Virus record (IMG/VR): IMGVR_UViG_2891442665_000011
Source: an uncultured virus (IMG/VR IMGVR_UViG_2891442665_000011)
Taxonomy: Duplodnaviria > Heunggongvirae > Uroviricota > Caudoviricetes
Length of the DNA: 20,000 nt
Reading direction: 5' to 3' (one strand)
The notes under the pieces were generated by a model, which saw nothing but the letters and a program-made list of their open reading frames with translations, did no database searches and was not told the origin of the DNA. Below, piece after piece: positions 7,605 through 15,884 of the stretch; the first letter of the stretch is position 1, and every line of letters begins with the position of its first letter. The position numbers and the translations under genes were made by a program.

Positions 7605-7696
7605 TACGCTCCGCTCTTGCACTATTTCAAGCTATATATTATAGCTATAGCGGCAAGGAAAATCTGTCCAAATAAATTTGAAAAGGAGATACTATA

Positions 7697-8476
7697 ATGA
7701 GTGAAGAAACTAATTTTCTGGAAGAACTGGAGGATGTGCTTGAAGAAGCAGCTTCCGCTGAAAGCGAAAAACTCCGTACTCCTTTGGAGGACTTTGCCTT
7801 CTGGCTGCGAGACCTGGGAAACTGCGCCTCCTTCCGGGGGAACCTAATTTCCCTGGACCGTGCCAAAGCGGATGTTATGGCCGCCGATGCCGAGGAAGCA
7901 TTTCAGTCAAATGCAAAATGCCGGGATGCAGCGCAGAAGCGTGTGGACAAGGCAATCCACGAGGCCCGGCAGAAGATGGACGCCCGGATGAGTGTTTCGG
8001 GAAACAGCAGCTTTTATCAGGAGTTCCGGCAGCGGTTCGACCACCGGTTGAATGCCCTTCGGGAAAAGTTGGAGCTGTTGCGTACTTCTGAAAATGCCGC
8101 TGTTGTGGACGAAATGGAGGGCCATCTGATAGCCTCCGGGATTCATGGAAAAGCAAAGGAAATCTGCGGCGATCTCGCTACGGAATATTCTCTTCAAGCC
8201 GCCAGCGTGTATTACAACGAAATTGGCTACGATGCCTGGGACCCCTCGGACTATGAGGAAGGTCTTGCGAAACTTTTCGCCAAGGGTTTTGTGCGGCATG
8301 GTTTTAACTGCTATGACGCCATCCGGGCCACCGAACAGGATGCCGAAACCGCCCTTGACCGTTTCCAAGCGGACTTCAATACCCAGATACAGGATGAGAT
8401 CTTGTCAACCATTGTAGAGCCTGTTCAAAAGCTGCTCCCCCGGCTCCGGGATGCCGATGCACTTCTCTCCGCATAA
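7697..8476 (+). CDS. Hypothetical all-helical/coiled-coil acidic protein (259 aa)
   Basis: AAAGGAG RBS; long helical heptad-like stretches; no catalytic motif recognised. Confidence 0.8.
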   Translation: MSEETNFLEELEDVLEEAASAESEKLRTPLEDFAFWLRDLGNCASFRGNLISLDRAKADVMAADAEEAFQSNAKCRDAAQKRVDKAIHEARQKMDARMSVSGNSSFYQEFRQRFDHRLNALREKLELLRTSENAAVVDEMEGHLIASGIHGKAKEICGDLATEYSLQAASVYYNEIGYDAWDPSDYEEGLAKLFAKGFVRHGFNCYDAIRATEQDAETALDRFQADFNTQIQDEILSTIVEPVQKLLPRLRDADALLSA

Positions 8477-8527
8477 TGAGCGTCATTCTGATTTCACGAT
8501 CAGGGAAATTATATACTATAACAGTGT

Positions 8528-8563
8528 AGGCCACGGGGTAATTCCCTGTGGCCTTATTTTGTT
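8528..8563 (+). terminator. Intrinsic terminator AGGCCACGGGG-taatt-CCCTGTGGCCT-TATTTTGTT
   Basis: 11-bp stem (one G-U pair) plus U-rich tail, 50 bp after the 7697..8476 stop. Confidence 0.7.
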
Positions 8564-8583
8564 GCTGTAAGGAGGTGATGGAT

Positions 8584-9069
8584 ATGCACAGCAGCGTGTT
8601 TGAGATTTCCCATGCGCCTATTCCTATGTCAAAATGGGCCAGAGCCGGAAATCTGCCTGACTGGTTCTATGAGCAGATTTGCGATTATGCTGAGAATGCA
8701 GACCCGGAGCAGCGGCGAAACGCCATCAGTCAGCTTTGTAGGGCTTTAGGAAGTTTGTGTGCGCTGGACGGGGACAGGCTTACCATTTCTCCACAAATCA
8801 AGGAAAGCTATTTTCACAAAGGCTACAGCTGTTTCATAACAACGGCAAAAAAACTCGCACAGATTGATTATAAAACATTTTCAGGATGCCGAACCACTCC
8901 AACACTTTCCTTGGTTCTGGACAAGCTGAATGACAGCTATGAGGACAAAAGAGGCGTTTACATCTATCTGTCCGAAACAGGAGAATTGATAACGCTGGAT
9001 CGTTGGCTTCGTACCACTGATTTCTCCAAGTCCTTCTACATCGACGGTACGATCAATTACCACTACTAA
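8584..9069 (+). CDS. Hypothetical protein (161 aa), first gene of the DUF932/YqaJ module
   Basis: AAGGAGG RBS 8 nt before ATG 8584 (ORF-track start 8548 lies inside the terminator hairpin). Confidence 0.75.
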   Translation: MHSSVFEISHAPIPMSKWARAGNLPDWFYEQICDYAENADPEQRRNAISQLCRALGSLCALDGDRLTISPQIKESYFHKGYSCFITTAKKLAQIDYKTFSGCRTTPTLSLVLDKLNDSYEDKRGVYIYLSETGELITLDRWLRTTDFSKSFYIDGTINYHY

Positions 9070-9093
9070 AATTTAGAAAGTGAGGAATGAAAA

Positions 9094-10029
9094 ATGTCCG
9101 CAAATGTTGAAACCATGTTCTATGTCCGCAAAAAGCCCTGGCACGGCTTGGGGACCGAGGTAAAGGAGGCCCCCACTTCCGCCGACGCCCTCATCTACGC
9201 CGGCCTGGATTGGGAGGTCGTTCAGGAGGATGTCTATACCGGTCATGGCTCCCCGATCCCTGGCTACAAGGTCAATCTCCGCAGCAGTGATGGCTCTGCC
9301 TTGGGGATCGTCTCCGACCGCTACAAGGTGGTTCAGAACGAGGATGCCTTTCGGTTCACTGATGACCTTCTGGGGGCCGGTGTCACCTATGAGACGGCAG
9401 GGGCCTTGCAGGGCGGCCGCAAGGTCTGGATGCTGGCCCGGATGCCTCACCGCTACATCATCGCCGGGGACGAGATTGCCCCCTATCTGGTGGTGATGAA
9501 CTCCCACGACGGCAGCAGCGGCATCAAAGTTGCCATGACCCCGGTCCGGGTGGTCTGCCAAAATACCCTAAATCTGGCCTTAAACACCGCCAAGCGTGTT
9601 TGGACCACCAAGCACACCGAAAATGTGATGGGCCGCATCCACGAGGCCAAGGAGACCTTACTGCTGGCCGAGCGGTATATGGAGGAACTGGGCCGGAGCA
9701 TCGACGCTCTGTCCAAAATCAGCCTGAGCGACAGGAAGGTCACCGAGTTTATGGAGGAGCTTTTTCCGGTGGGTCAGGACCTGCCGGAAATCCAGCGCAA
9801 GAACAATCTGCGGATGCTGGAGGATTTGAAGGCCCGGTATTGGGAGGCCCCGGACCTGGCCCATGTGGGGAAGAACGGCTACCGATTCGTCAACGCCGTC
9901 AGTGATTTTGCTATCCACGCCGACCCCATCCGCAGGACCAGGAACTACGATGAAAACCTGTTTCTCCGCACCGTGGAAGGGAATCCCATCATCGACAAGG
10001 CGTACAAGATGGCGCTGGCTGTTGCATAA
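9094..10029 (+). CDS. DUF932 domain phage/plasmid-like protein
   Basis: Characteristic motifs PWHGLG, LGIVSDRYKVVQNEDAF, ETAGALQGGRKVW, NSHDGS, TPVRVVCQNTL. Confidence 0.9.
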   Translation: MSANVETMFYVRKKPWHGLGTEVKEAPTSADALIYAGLDWEVVQEDVYTGHGSPIPGYKVNLRSSDGSALGIVSDRYKVVQNEDAFRFTDDLLGAGVTYETAGALQGGRKVWMLARMPHRYIIAGDEIAPYLVVMNSHDGSSGIKVAMTPVRVVCQNTLNLALNTAKRVWTTKHTENVMGRIHEAKETLLLAERYMEELGRSIDALSKISLSDRKVTEFMEELFPVGQDLPEIQRKNNLRMLEDLKARYWEAPDLAHVGKNGYRFVNAVSDFAIHADPIRRTRNYDENLFLRTVEGNPIIDKAYKMALAVA

Positions 10030-10042
10030 GGAGGTGGTTACG

Positions 10043-10987
10043 ATGGCGGCAATCGTTTTAGCTTCTACCGAAAATATGTCCTATGAGGATTGGTTGGAAA
10101 ATCGCAGGCAGGGGATTGGCGGCTCGGATGCTTCGGTGGTGTGCGGAATCAACCGGTACAAATCCCCTTTAGAGCTGTGGATGGAGAAAACCGACCAGCT
10201 TCCCCAGCAGGGGGCAGGAGAGGCAGCCTATTGGGGGACCCAGCTGGAGGCGCTGGTCCGCTTGGAGTTCAGTAAGCGAACTGGAATTGAGGTTTGCCTG
10301 GAAAAGCAGCTTCTTCAAAGCGAAGAGCACCCCTTTATGCTGGCGAATCTGGACGGCGTTTGTCAGCACCCGGAGTTTGGGCCCTGTATCTTCGAGGCCA
10401 AGACAGCCACCGCTTACAAGGCCGGAGAATGGGAGGATACTATCCCGGACGAGTACCAGCTTCAAATCCAGCACTATATGGCGGTGACGGGCTACCGAGG
10501 GGCCTACATCGCCGTTCTTATCGGAGGGAACACCTTCCGCTGGAAGTTTGTGGAGCGTGACGAGGAGTTGATTTCCATGCTCGTCGAACTGGAATCGGAT
10601 TTCTGGGGCCATGTGCAGAGCCTTACTCCTCCCCCTCTGGATGGTTCCAAGGCATCAGCCAAATTCCTTGCGGAACGGTTTCCCAACAGTGTCCCCCTCT
10701 CGCAAATTACCCTGCCGGAGACTGCTGTCGAACTTCTCCACCAGTACGATGAAGCCTGTGAGCAGTTAGATGCCATCACTGAACGGAAACAGGAGGCCGA
10801 AAATCTCCTAAAGGAGATGATGGGGGAGAACGAGGTGGGGACCGTGGGAGAGCGAATCATCACCTGGAAAAGTGTCTCCCAGGAGCGGCTGGACAGCAGA
10901 ACGCTGAAAGCCGAGCATCCGGCCCTTTACAAGAAGTACGCAAATCAAACAACATACCGCCGCTTTTCCATTAAGGCGGCGGGGTAA
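10043..10987 (+). CDS. YqaJ-like viral recombinase-family exonuclease (lambda-exonuclease fold)
   Basis: WLENRRQGIGGSDAS, ANLDG, FEAKT, YQLQIQHYMAV motifs; AAGGAGG RBS before ATG 10043 (ORF-track start 9863 overlaps DUF932 and is unlikely). Confidence 0.92.
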   Translation: MAAIVLASTENMSYEDWLENRRQGIGGSDASVVCGINRYKSPLELWMEKTDQLPQQGAGEAAYWGTQLEALVRLEFSKRTGIEVCLEKQLLQSEEHPFMLANLDGVCQHPEFGPCIFEAKTATAYKAGEWEDTIPDEYQLQIQHYMAVTGYRGAYIAVLIGGNTFRWKFVERDEELISMLVELESDFWGHVQSLTPPPLDGSKASAKFLAERFPNSVPLSQITLPETAVELLHQYDEACEQLDAITERKQEAENLLKEMMGENEVGTVGERIITWKSVSQERLDSRTLKAEHPALYKKYANQTTYRRFSIKAAG

Positions 10988-10998
10988 ATGGAGGATTT

Positions 10999-11760
10999 AT
11001 GATGGATACCGCAAAACTGAAAAGCCGTTTGGAGGGTAAGGTTCAGGAATTGCAAAAGCCTGCTGCCGACGCTGCTCTGGCTCCCTCCGGTTCCGCCTAT
11101 ATGGCTCTGAATGGCGATGCCTTGGGCATCATTCGGGAGAATTTGAAGAATCAGCCCTTGTCCCTTGACCTTTTCGATATTGTCAAATCCCCGTCCGGGG
11201 GGTCTACGGTGTTTTCCGTCCCGGGGCTGGCTGGGGAGGAAGCGGAAAAGGAACTGACAGGGATCATCCTGGACTATACCACTCCCAGGGCCTATTGGGA
11301 CAGCCCGGACCCGGTGGAAGGTACGCCGCCCACCTGTATGAGCCAGAACAGCATCATTTCCTTTGACGGGAAATCCTGCGCCCACTGTCCCTTCAACGAT
11401 TTCGGCTCCAAGAATGGGGAGAGCAACGCCAAGGCCTGCAAGGAATCGGTACTGCTGTTTCTGCTGCGGCCGGGGAGCATCATCCCCCTGCTGGTGCGTG
11501 TCCCGGTGACCAGCAAGAACCGGTTTTTGAGATACTCCACCCGGCTGTTGTGTACCCTGACGCCGATTTCCAGCGTGGTCACGAGGATCACCTTGGAGAA
11601 GGCCACCAGCAAGGGAGGAAAACCTTATGCTTTGTTTAACTTTGAGGCGGTTACTGCTCTTAGCCAGGAAGAGGCGGCCCAGGCGAAAGCCTTTGGGCGG
11701 CAGTTTATGGAAATCGTGAATGCTGCTCAGCTGGTACCAGAGTTAGCGGAGGCCGGTTAA
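10999..11760 (+). CDS. Cys-rich phage-type protein, putative ssDNA-binding/annealing protein (not RecT)
   Basis: RAYW...PPTC...CAHCPFNDFGS...KACK pattern; GGAGG RBS; occupies the usual position of the annealase after YqaJ; function inferred. Confidence 0.7.
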   Translation: MMDTAKLKSRLEGKVQELQKPAADAALAPSGSAYMALNGDALGIIRENLKNQPLSLDLFDIVKSPSGGSTVFSVPGLAGEEAEKELTGIILDYTTPRAYWDSPDPVEGTPPTCMSQNSIISFDGKSCAHCPFNDFGSKNGESNAKACKESVLLFLLRPGSIIPLLVRVPVTSKNRFLRYSTRLLCTLTPISSVVTRITLEKATSKGGKPYALFNFEAVTALSQEEAAQAKAFGRQFMEIVNAAQLVPELAEAG

Positions 11761-11780
11761 AATGAGTGGTAGCTAATTAT

Positions 11781-11823
11781 AGCCCAGCGTCCACGCAGAT
11801 AAAGGAGGACGCTGGGCTGTTTC
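11781..11823 (+). terminator. Hairpin AGCCCAGCGTCC-N14-GGACGCTGGGCT followed by GTTT; probable terminator of the YqaJ operon
   Basis: 12-bp perfect stem (11781-11792/11807-11818), 20 bp after the stop; U-tail is short. Confidence 0.65.
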
Positions 11824-11945
11824 GCAAATGGTATTTAGTAGGATGTAAAAAAACAATAAGGTGGGATTGCTTTGTAGCAGAAATCAGAACCAAAGGAAAG
11901 AAGCAATTGGAATGCTACCAGCCTGCCTTTCACAAGAAAACCATA

Positions 11946-12022
11946 CTCGTCCAAGCTCCGATGCTGCGCTCTACACTTGGACGAGGTATATCGCTTGAAC
12001 TCGTATGCTTTTCTTGTTCAAG
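11946..12022. repeat. Tandem inverted repeats CTCGTCCAAG/CTTGGACGAG and CTTGAAC/GTTCAAG
   Basis: Arms at 11946-11955/11976-11985 and 11994-12000/12016-12022. Confidence 0.6.
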
Positions 12023-12071
12023 GTAGGACTGGTTTTATATCTTATAGAAAAGCCCCCCTGAGGAAATCGGT

Positions 12072-14156
12072 TTATCTATCCTCCAAAAACAGTCGTTTAC
12101 ACATACTTAAAACTCTGGGCTGTAAATCAGCAGCAATCATGTCAGCACAAACCTTTTGAATATACCATTCTACAATAGATAAGTATGGCTGTATATCTTC
12201 TGGGAAATATTTATCCGTATCTTTCTCAGCCTGTATTGTTTCATTTAATTCAGATAATCTGATGTTGCTTCCCGGATAACATGGATCAGTATCTCCTATA
12301 ACATACGCTTCAACATCCGGATCACTTTTGATTACAGATTCTAAGAACTCTGCTAATTTTCGATGCCATTTCAACGGCATAATGCCGTGCCCAATTCCGT
12401 CTGGATCCAATAGTGCAATTTGCTTATATTGCTTTACAATGGCTTGTTCATCATGCTCCAGCAATTTCCGTATTTTCCGTTTGACCTTCACTACACGCTG
12501 GTCTTGCTTTTCATAGAAGAAATAGAACAAATTATCAGTGCGACATATGGATTTCGCGTATACAGGAATATGAAAGTCAAACACCCCATTAAGCTGTTGG
12601 TACAACTTAAAAATGGGGATCTCACTATCCGTACCATACAATATGGATCTTCCTCCAACAGCTAACCAATTTTGTTTGACAAGTTGATTCCTACATCTCG
12701 CGTAAAGCGCATCGCACAATTTTTGATTACAAGGGGAAAGAGTGGGATTTCTATACTGCACATTTTCATACCATTTGCACAGTTCATGAAAAAATCGAAA
12801 ATGGCATTGCTGAAAAAAAGACAACCGCCAATCCGTTTCTGCTTTTACCGAAGTAGCGATTTGGATATGTTTATCCCCCAACCGATAACTCCGTTTCAAA
12901 AGCGGTATCCTTGGCTCCTGTTTATTGATAAACCAGTGTGCCAAGTAAAATGGTCCTGCCTCAGCAACCCATTCTTTTGATAATTCAACTTGCACTTTAC
13001 AAAAACACTGGTAAATAGGATGTTTTCGATACTCATATAACGCTTGTCGCTCTAAATGACACAAAAAAGTATTTGCTACTTTCCTGTTCAAGATAGGCAT
13101 ATCTCGTTCCTGGTCCTTTGGTACTTGGGCCGATTCGGCAGCCTTGAAAAAAACTTTTAATCCAAGTTGAGACACTAACTTTTGGTCCAAGTCCCTCTCG
13201 CGTTGAGCAATTTCTACGGTGTGTTCCAGTTTCTTTTGATCCAGACAATTTAGCCATCGATAAAAATCATCGAGCCACCTGTTTTTCTCTTTCAGACGCA
13301 AACTTTCGTCAGGTGTTTTTAAGACTATTTCAAGTCGATGAACCAACCGATCCAAAGGAATCAATAGATCTATTGATTCCTCAATGTATCTCAGGTCCCG
13401 CAAAATCTTCTGTTCTGTCGCCGGCAAACAAACGCTGCGCTCCTCCGTTGTCCCCCTTCCGGTCTGCTCTAAACAATACTGACGGTAAATCCTAAAGAAG
13501 TCTCGAATATCTTCTTCTGAAAATGTAGCATCACCAGACTTTATTGTCCTATCCATATTATACCACTGTGAAACGATTTCACTTTGTTTTCTTAAATCGT
13601 CAATTACTTTTTGGCAGAGCCTATAATCCTTCTGGAAATATACTGCTCCTGCTAATAAGGCGTTATTCTCTAACGAAACCCACTGAAATTCTGCTCTTAT
13701 CTTGTCAGGAATTTTGAATGATTCCAAGGTATCGCACGGACGGACAGCCATATGCTGCTCTCCGTCAAAAGCCGTACCGAAAAGAAATCCTTGTCCAGAC
13801 AACGCAAGATGAATCAGTGATCGAAAGCACTCTCTATCTGTTCCGGGGGCGCGAAGTTCTTTTTCTTTCTCGATTGCTGCTTCAAAAAACGCTACTGCGT
13901 TGTGTGTTGGCAATCCGAAGCGAATCGAAAGCCCTTGAAAGCATTCGATTCCTATCAGAACATCCTTCTGAACACCTAAAATATCGCTTCTGTTCGGGAC
14001 ATAATCGAGTATGCTATCCCGTCGAAGGACCGACTCCTCTTTCGGTATGATGACACCCGAATCAATCTGAGTCTCCAATGCATCGATCAGATTTCGACTT
14101 AAACCAACCGCAGTATCCCTCTTTTCCTCTGGCAAGCAGATTCCTCCCTTCCGCAT
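12072..14156 (-). CDS. Hypothetical protein (694 aa), low GC, no recognised domain
   Basis: Long uninterrupted ORF; start uncertain (GAAGGGAGG RBS just inside the ORF suggests TTG at about 14135). Confidence 0.8.
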   Translation of the reverse strand: MRKGGICLPEEKRDTAVGLSRNLIDALETQIDSGVIIPKEESVLRRDSILDYVPNRSDILGVQKDVLIGIECFQGLSIRFGLPTHNAVAFFEAAIEKEKELRAPGTDRECFRSLIHLALSGQGFLFGTAFDGEQHMAVRPCDTLESFKIPDKIRAEFQWVSLENNALLAGAVYFQKDYRLCQKVIDDLRKQSEIVSQWYNMDRTIKSGDATFSEEDIRDFFRIYRQYCLEQTGRGTTEERSVCLPATEQKILRDLRYIEESIDLLIPLDRLVHRLEIVLKTPDESLRLKEKNRWLDDFYRWLNCLDQKKLEHTVEIAQRERDLDQKLVSQLGLKVFFKAAESAQVPKDQERDMPILNRKVANTFLCHLERQALYEYRKHPIYQCFCKVQVELSKEWVAEAGPFYLAHWFINKQEPRIPLLKRSYRLGDKHIQIATSVKAETDWRLSFFQQCHFRFFHELCKWYENVQYRNPTLSPCNQKLCDALYARCRNQLVKQNWLAVGGRSILYGTDSEIPIFKLYQQLNGVFDFHIPVYAKSICRTDNLFYFFYEKQDQRVVKVKRKIRKLLEHDEQAIVKQYKQIALLDPDGIGHGIMPLKWHRKLAEFLESVIKSDPDVEAYVIGDTDPCYPGSNIRLSELNETIQAEKDTDKYFPEDIQPYLSIVEWYIQKVCADMIAADLQPRVLSMCKRLFLEDR

Positions 14157-14166
14157 CTCAAATCAG

Positions 14167-14258
14167 TCTGAAATTGAAAAAAATGTGATTTCAGATTCCG
14201 TTCCCAGATTTCGGGAGTTCGATTATACTCTTTCCATAACCTCCGAACTCTTCGGAGG
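14167..14258 (+). promoter_or_regulatory. Divergent control region: IR TCTGAAAT/ATTTCAGA, promoter TTCCCA-N17-TATACT, leader hairpin CCTCCGAA-ctc-TTCGGAGG
   Basis: IR arms 14167-14174/14188-14195; -35 14201-14206, -10 14224-14229; hairpin 14240-14258. Confidence 0.5.
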
Positions 14259-14282
14259 AAATTCGGAAAGGAGTTTTCGCCC

Positions 14283-15884
14283 ATGAGCAGCAAGGAAAAG
14301 AAACCCGAACTACACTCCGTTACACTTGAACTCCCGCATACTACGCAAACGATCAATTCAACCAAGGTAAACAAGCAACTTGTCCCTCTCGAAATGGCTA
14401 CTGAGAAAGCCCGAAATTTAGCAAAATCAAAGAAACTTGACCATGAAATCAAAGTCAAACATAACCCACTCAAAAAGAAAGCACTAAAAAATCGTCCCTT
14501 TCAAAAGGCTTTTGGGTGTCTACTTCAATTTCCAAGTTATGTCGAACAGCCAGAAACCGCAGCCATCCTTTTGTTACTGATTCTGCTTAGCCAAGTAGCT
14601 TATTTATTGGTCGGTATATTGCCGCCGTTGCCAGCGGTTCTTTTGAGCGCAACCTCCACAGCGTTATCCCCCGTATTAAATGTTTTGCTCTGTGCTATCC
14701 AAGGTCCTCCCAAATGGCGTGGTGATAAATGGAAACTCCGGCGCCCATGGGTTATACATCCCCGCATATCGCCAAGGGAAACCAAACCATCTATATCCGT
14801 TTTAGATTACATAGGCGGAACAATTAGTGACTGGTATTTTAGTAAACCCATCAAATTTTGTTTTCCATATATAAACTCCGCCTTTGCATTGATGCCGGGG
14901 ATACCTCCTTCTGTCAACAAACAAATTACCGCTATATCTCCATTATCGTTGCCAATTATATTTAAGGACAGTAAATCGGAAGATAATCGAACTACACTTT
15001 CCATCGATGCAGGCCAACTTGCTTCCTACGATGTGGAAAGGATACAGGAACTAAAAGACTTGTCCGAAGTCTGCTATCTGGGGATAATGGGTTTTCTCCG
15101 GTGGTTCTGTCAAAGCAAAGAGCTTATACAGAATTGGAAAAATAACATCGTGCATTTTCGTCCGGTCAAGAAAAACGGACGCTTCACCCACTCAAAATCA
15201 GACCTCCAAACAGAACTTCTATGTGCCGCACTTTCGTTGCTTGAGAAATATCTTTATTTTGCATCAGACGAAGTGGGCTGGATCACCGAAGAACAAGCCA
15301 TTGAACTCTTACTCTACTATTGGAGACTGGTCCTGCCGGAATCCGCACCACAGAAAGAAAAAGAACCAAACACACAATATACCTATGATGATCCACGAAT
15401 CTTCTACCGTTTTCTCACAGAATATTTTCTTCCAACTTATCAGAAGCAAATCCTACAAGGCCGTCAAGGTAGCCAAGGAACAATGGGTCTAATTCGGCCG
15501 TTAGACGGAATGGACTATATCATTATCCCTCGTACCGTTCTGCTGGAAACCTATTCAAACTGGCTGAAAGAACAGAATATCTCGGATTTTGATCTTTCAA
15601 CGGCGAAAAGCGAGGCAGCGGTACAGCGTAGCCTTCTGGATGCTGGCATCCCTTTCAAACATGAAGGCAACAATCCGGCAACATGGCGTTATCCTTTCTA
15701 TGGAAAAGATAAAAAAACTCCTGGAGGTGGTATGGTCAACTGCATGGCCCTTCCCCTTTCTCATCTCCCGGAAAATGTCCATACCGCCCTCGGAACAAAG
15801 TTCGGAGGGGGTGACCTTAACGCAACCTCTCCGAATCCCGCCGAAGCTGCTCCGGACAGCCGCAAGGGGGTAAAAACACCGTGA
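14283..15884 (+). CDS. Hypothetical protein (533 aa), possibly replication-associated
   Basis: GAAAGGAG RBS; stop overlaps the helicase start (GTGA); basic N-terminus, hydrophobic stretch AAILLLLILLSQVAYLLVGIL; no clear Walker motifs. Confidence 0.75.
   Translation: MSSKEKKPELHSVTLELPHTTQTINSTKVNKQLVPLEMATEKARNLAKSKKLDHEIKVKHNPLKKKALKNRPFQKAFGCLLQFPSYVEQPETAAILLLLILLSQVAYLLVGILPPLPAVLLSATSTALSPVLNVLLCAIQGPPKWRGDKWKLRRPWVIHPRISPRETKPSISVLDYIGGTISDWYFSKPIKFCFPYINSAFALMPGIPPSVNKQITAISPLSLPIIFKDSKSEDNRTTLSIDAGQLASYDVERIQELKDLSEVCYLGIMGFLRWFCQSKELIQNWKNNIVHFRPVKKNGRFTHSKSDLQTELLCAALSLLEKYLYFASDEVGWITEEQAIELLLYYWRLVLPESAPQKEKEPNTQYTYDDPRIFYRFLTEYFLPTYQKQILQGRQGSQGTMGLIRPLDGMDYIIIPRTVLLETYSNWLKEQNISDFDLSTAKSEAAVQRSLLDAGIPFKHEGNNPATWRYPFYGKDKKTPGGGMVNCMALPLSHLPENVHTALGTKFGGGDLNATSPNPAEAAPDSRKGVKTP

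Noticed and set aside
7697..8476. Dynamin-like (Eleos/LeoABC) assignment for the coiled-coil protein
   Set aside because: No GTPase P-loop in any gene of the operon
8523..8530. AGTGTAGG resembling the integrase-associated repeat
   Set aside because: Single partial match that runs into a terminator stem; likely chance
9073..11612. Many overlapping alternative-frame and antisense ORFs over DUF932/YqaJ
   Set aside because: Expected shadow ORFs in GC-rich coding DNA; no RBS or motifs
10999..11760. RecT annotation by position
   Set aside because: No recognisable RecT sequence features; Cys pattern is different
11766..12159. 86-aa and 60-aa plus-strand ORFs in the intergenic region
   Set aside because: GTG/TTG starts with no RBS; cross a terminator hairpin or overlap the convergent gene
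14283..15884. DUF927/Cch-like AAA+ helicase call
   Set aside because: Only vague C-terminal resemblance; no Walker A or B visible
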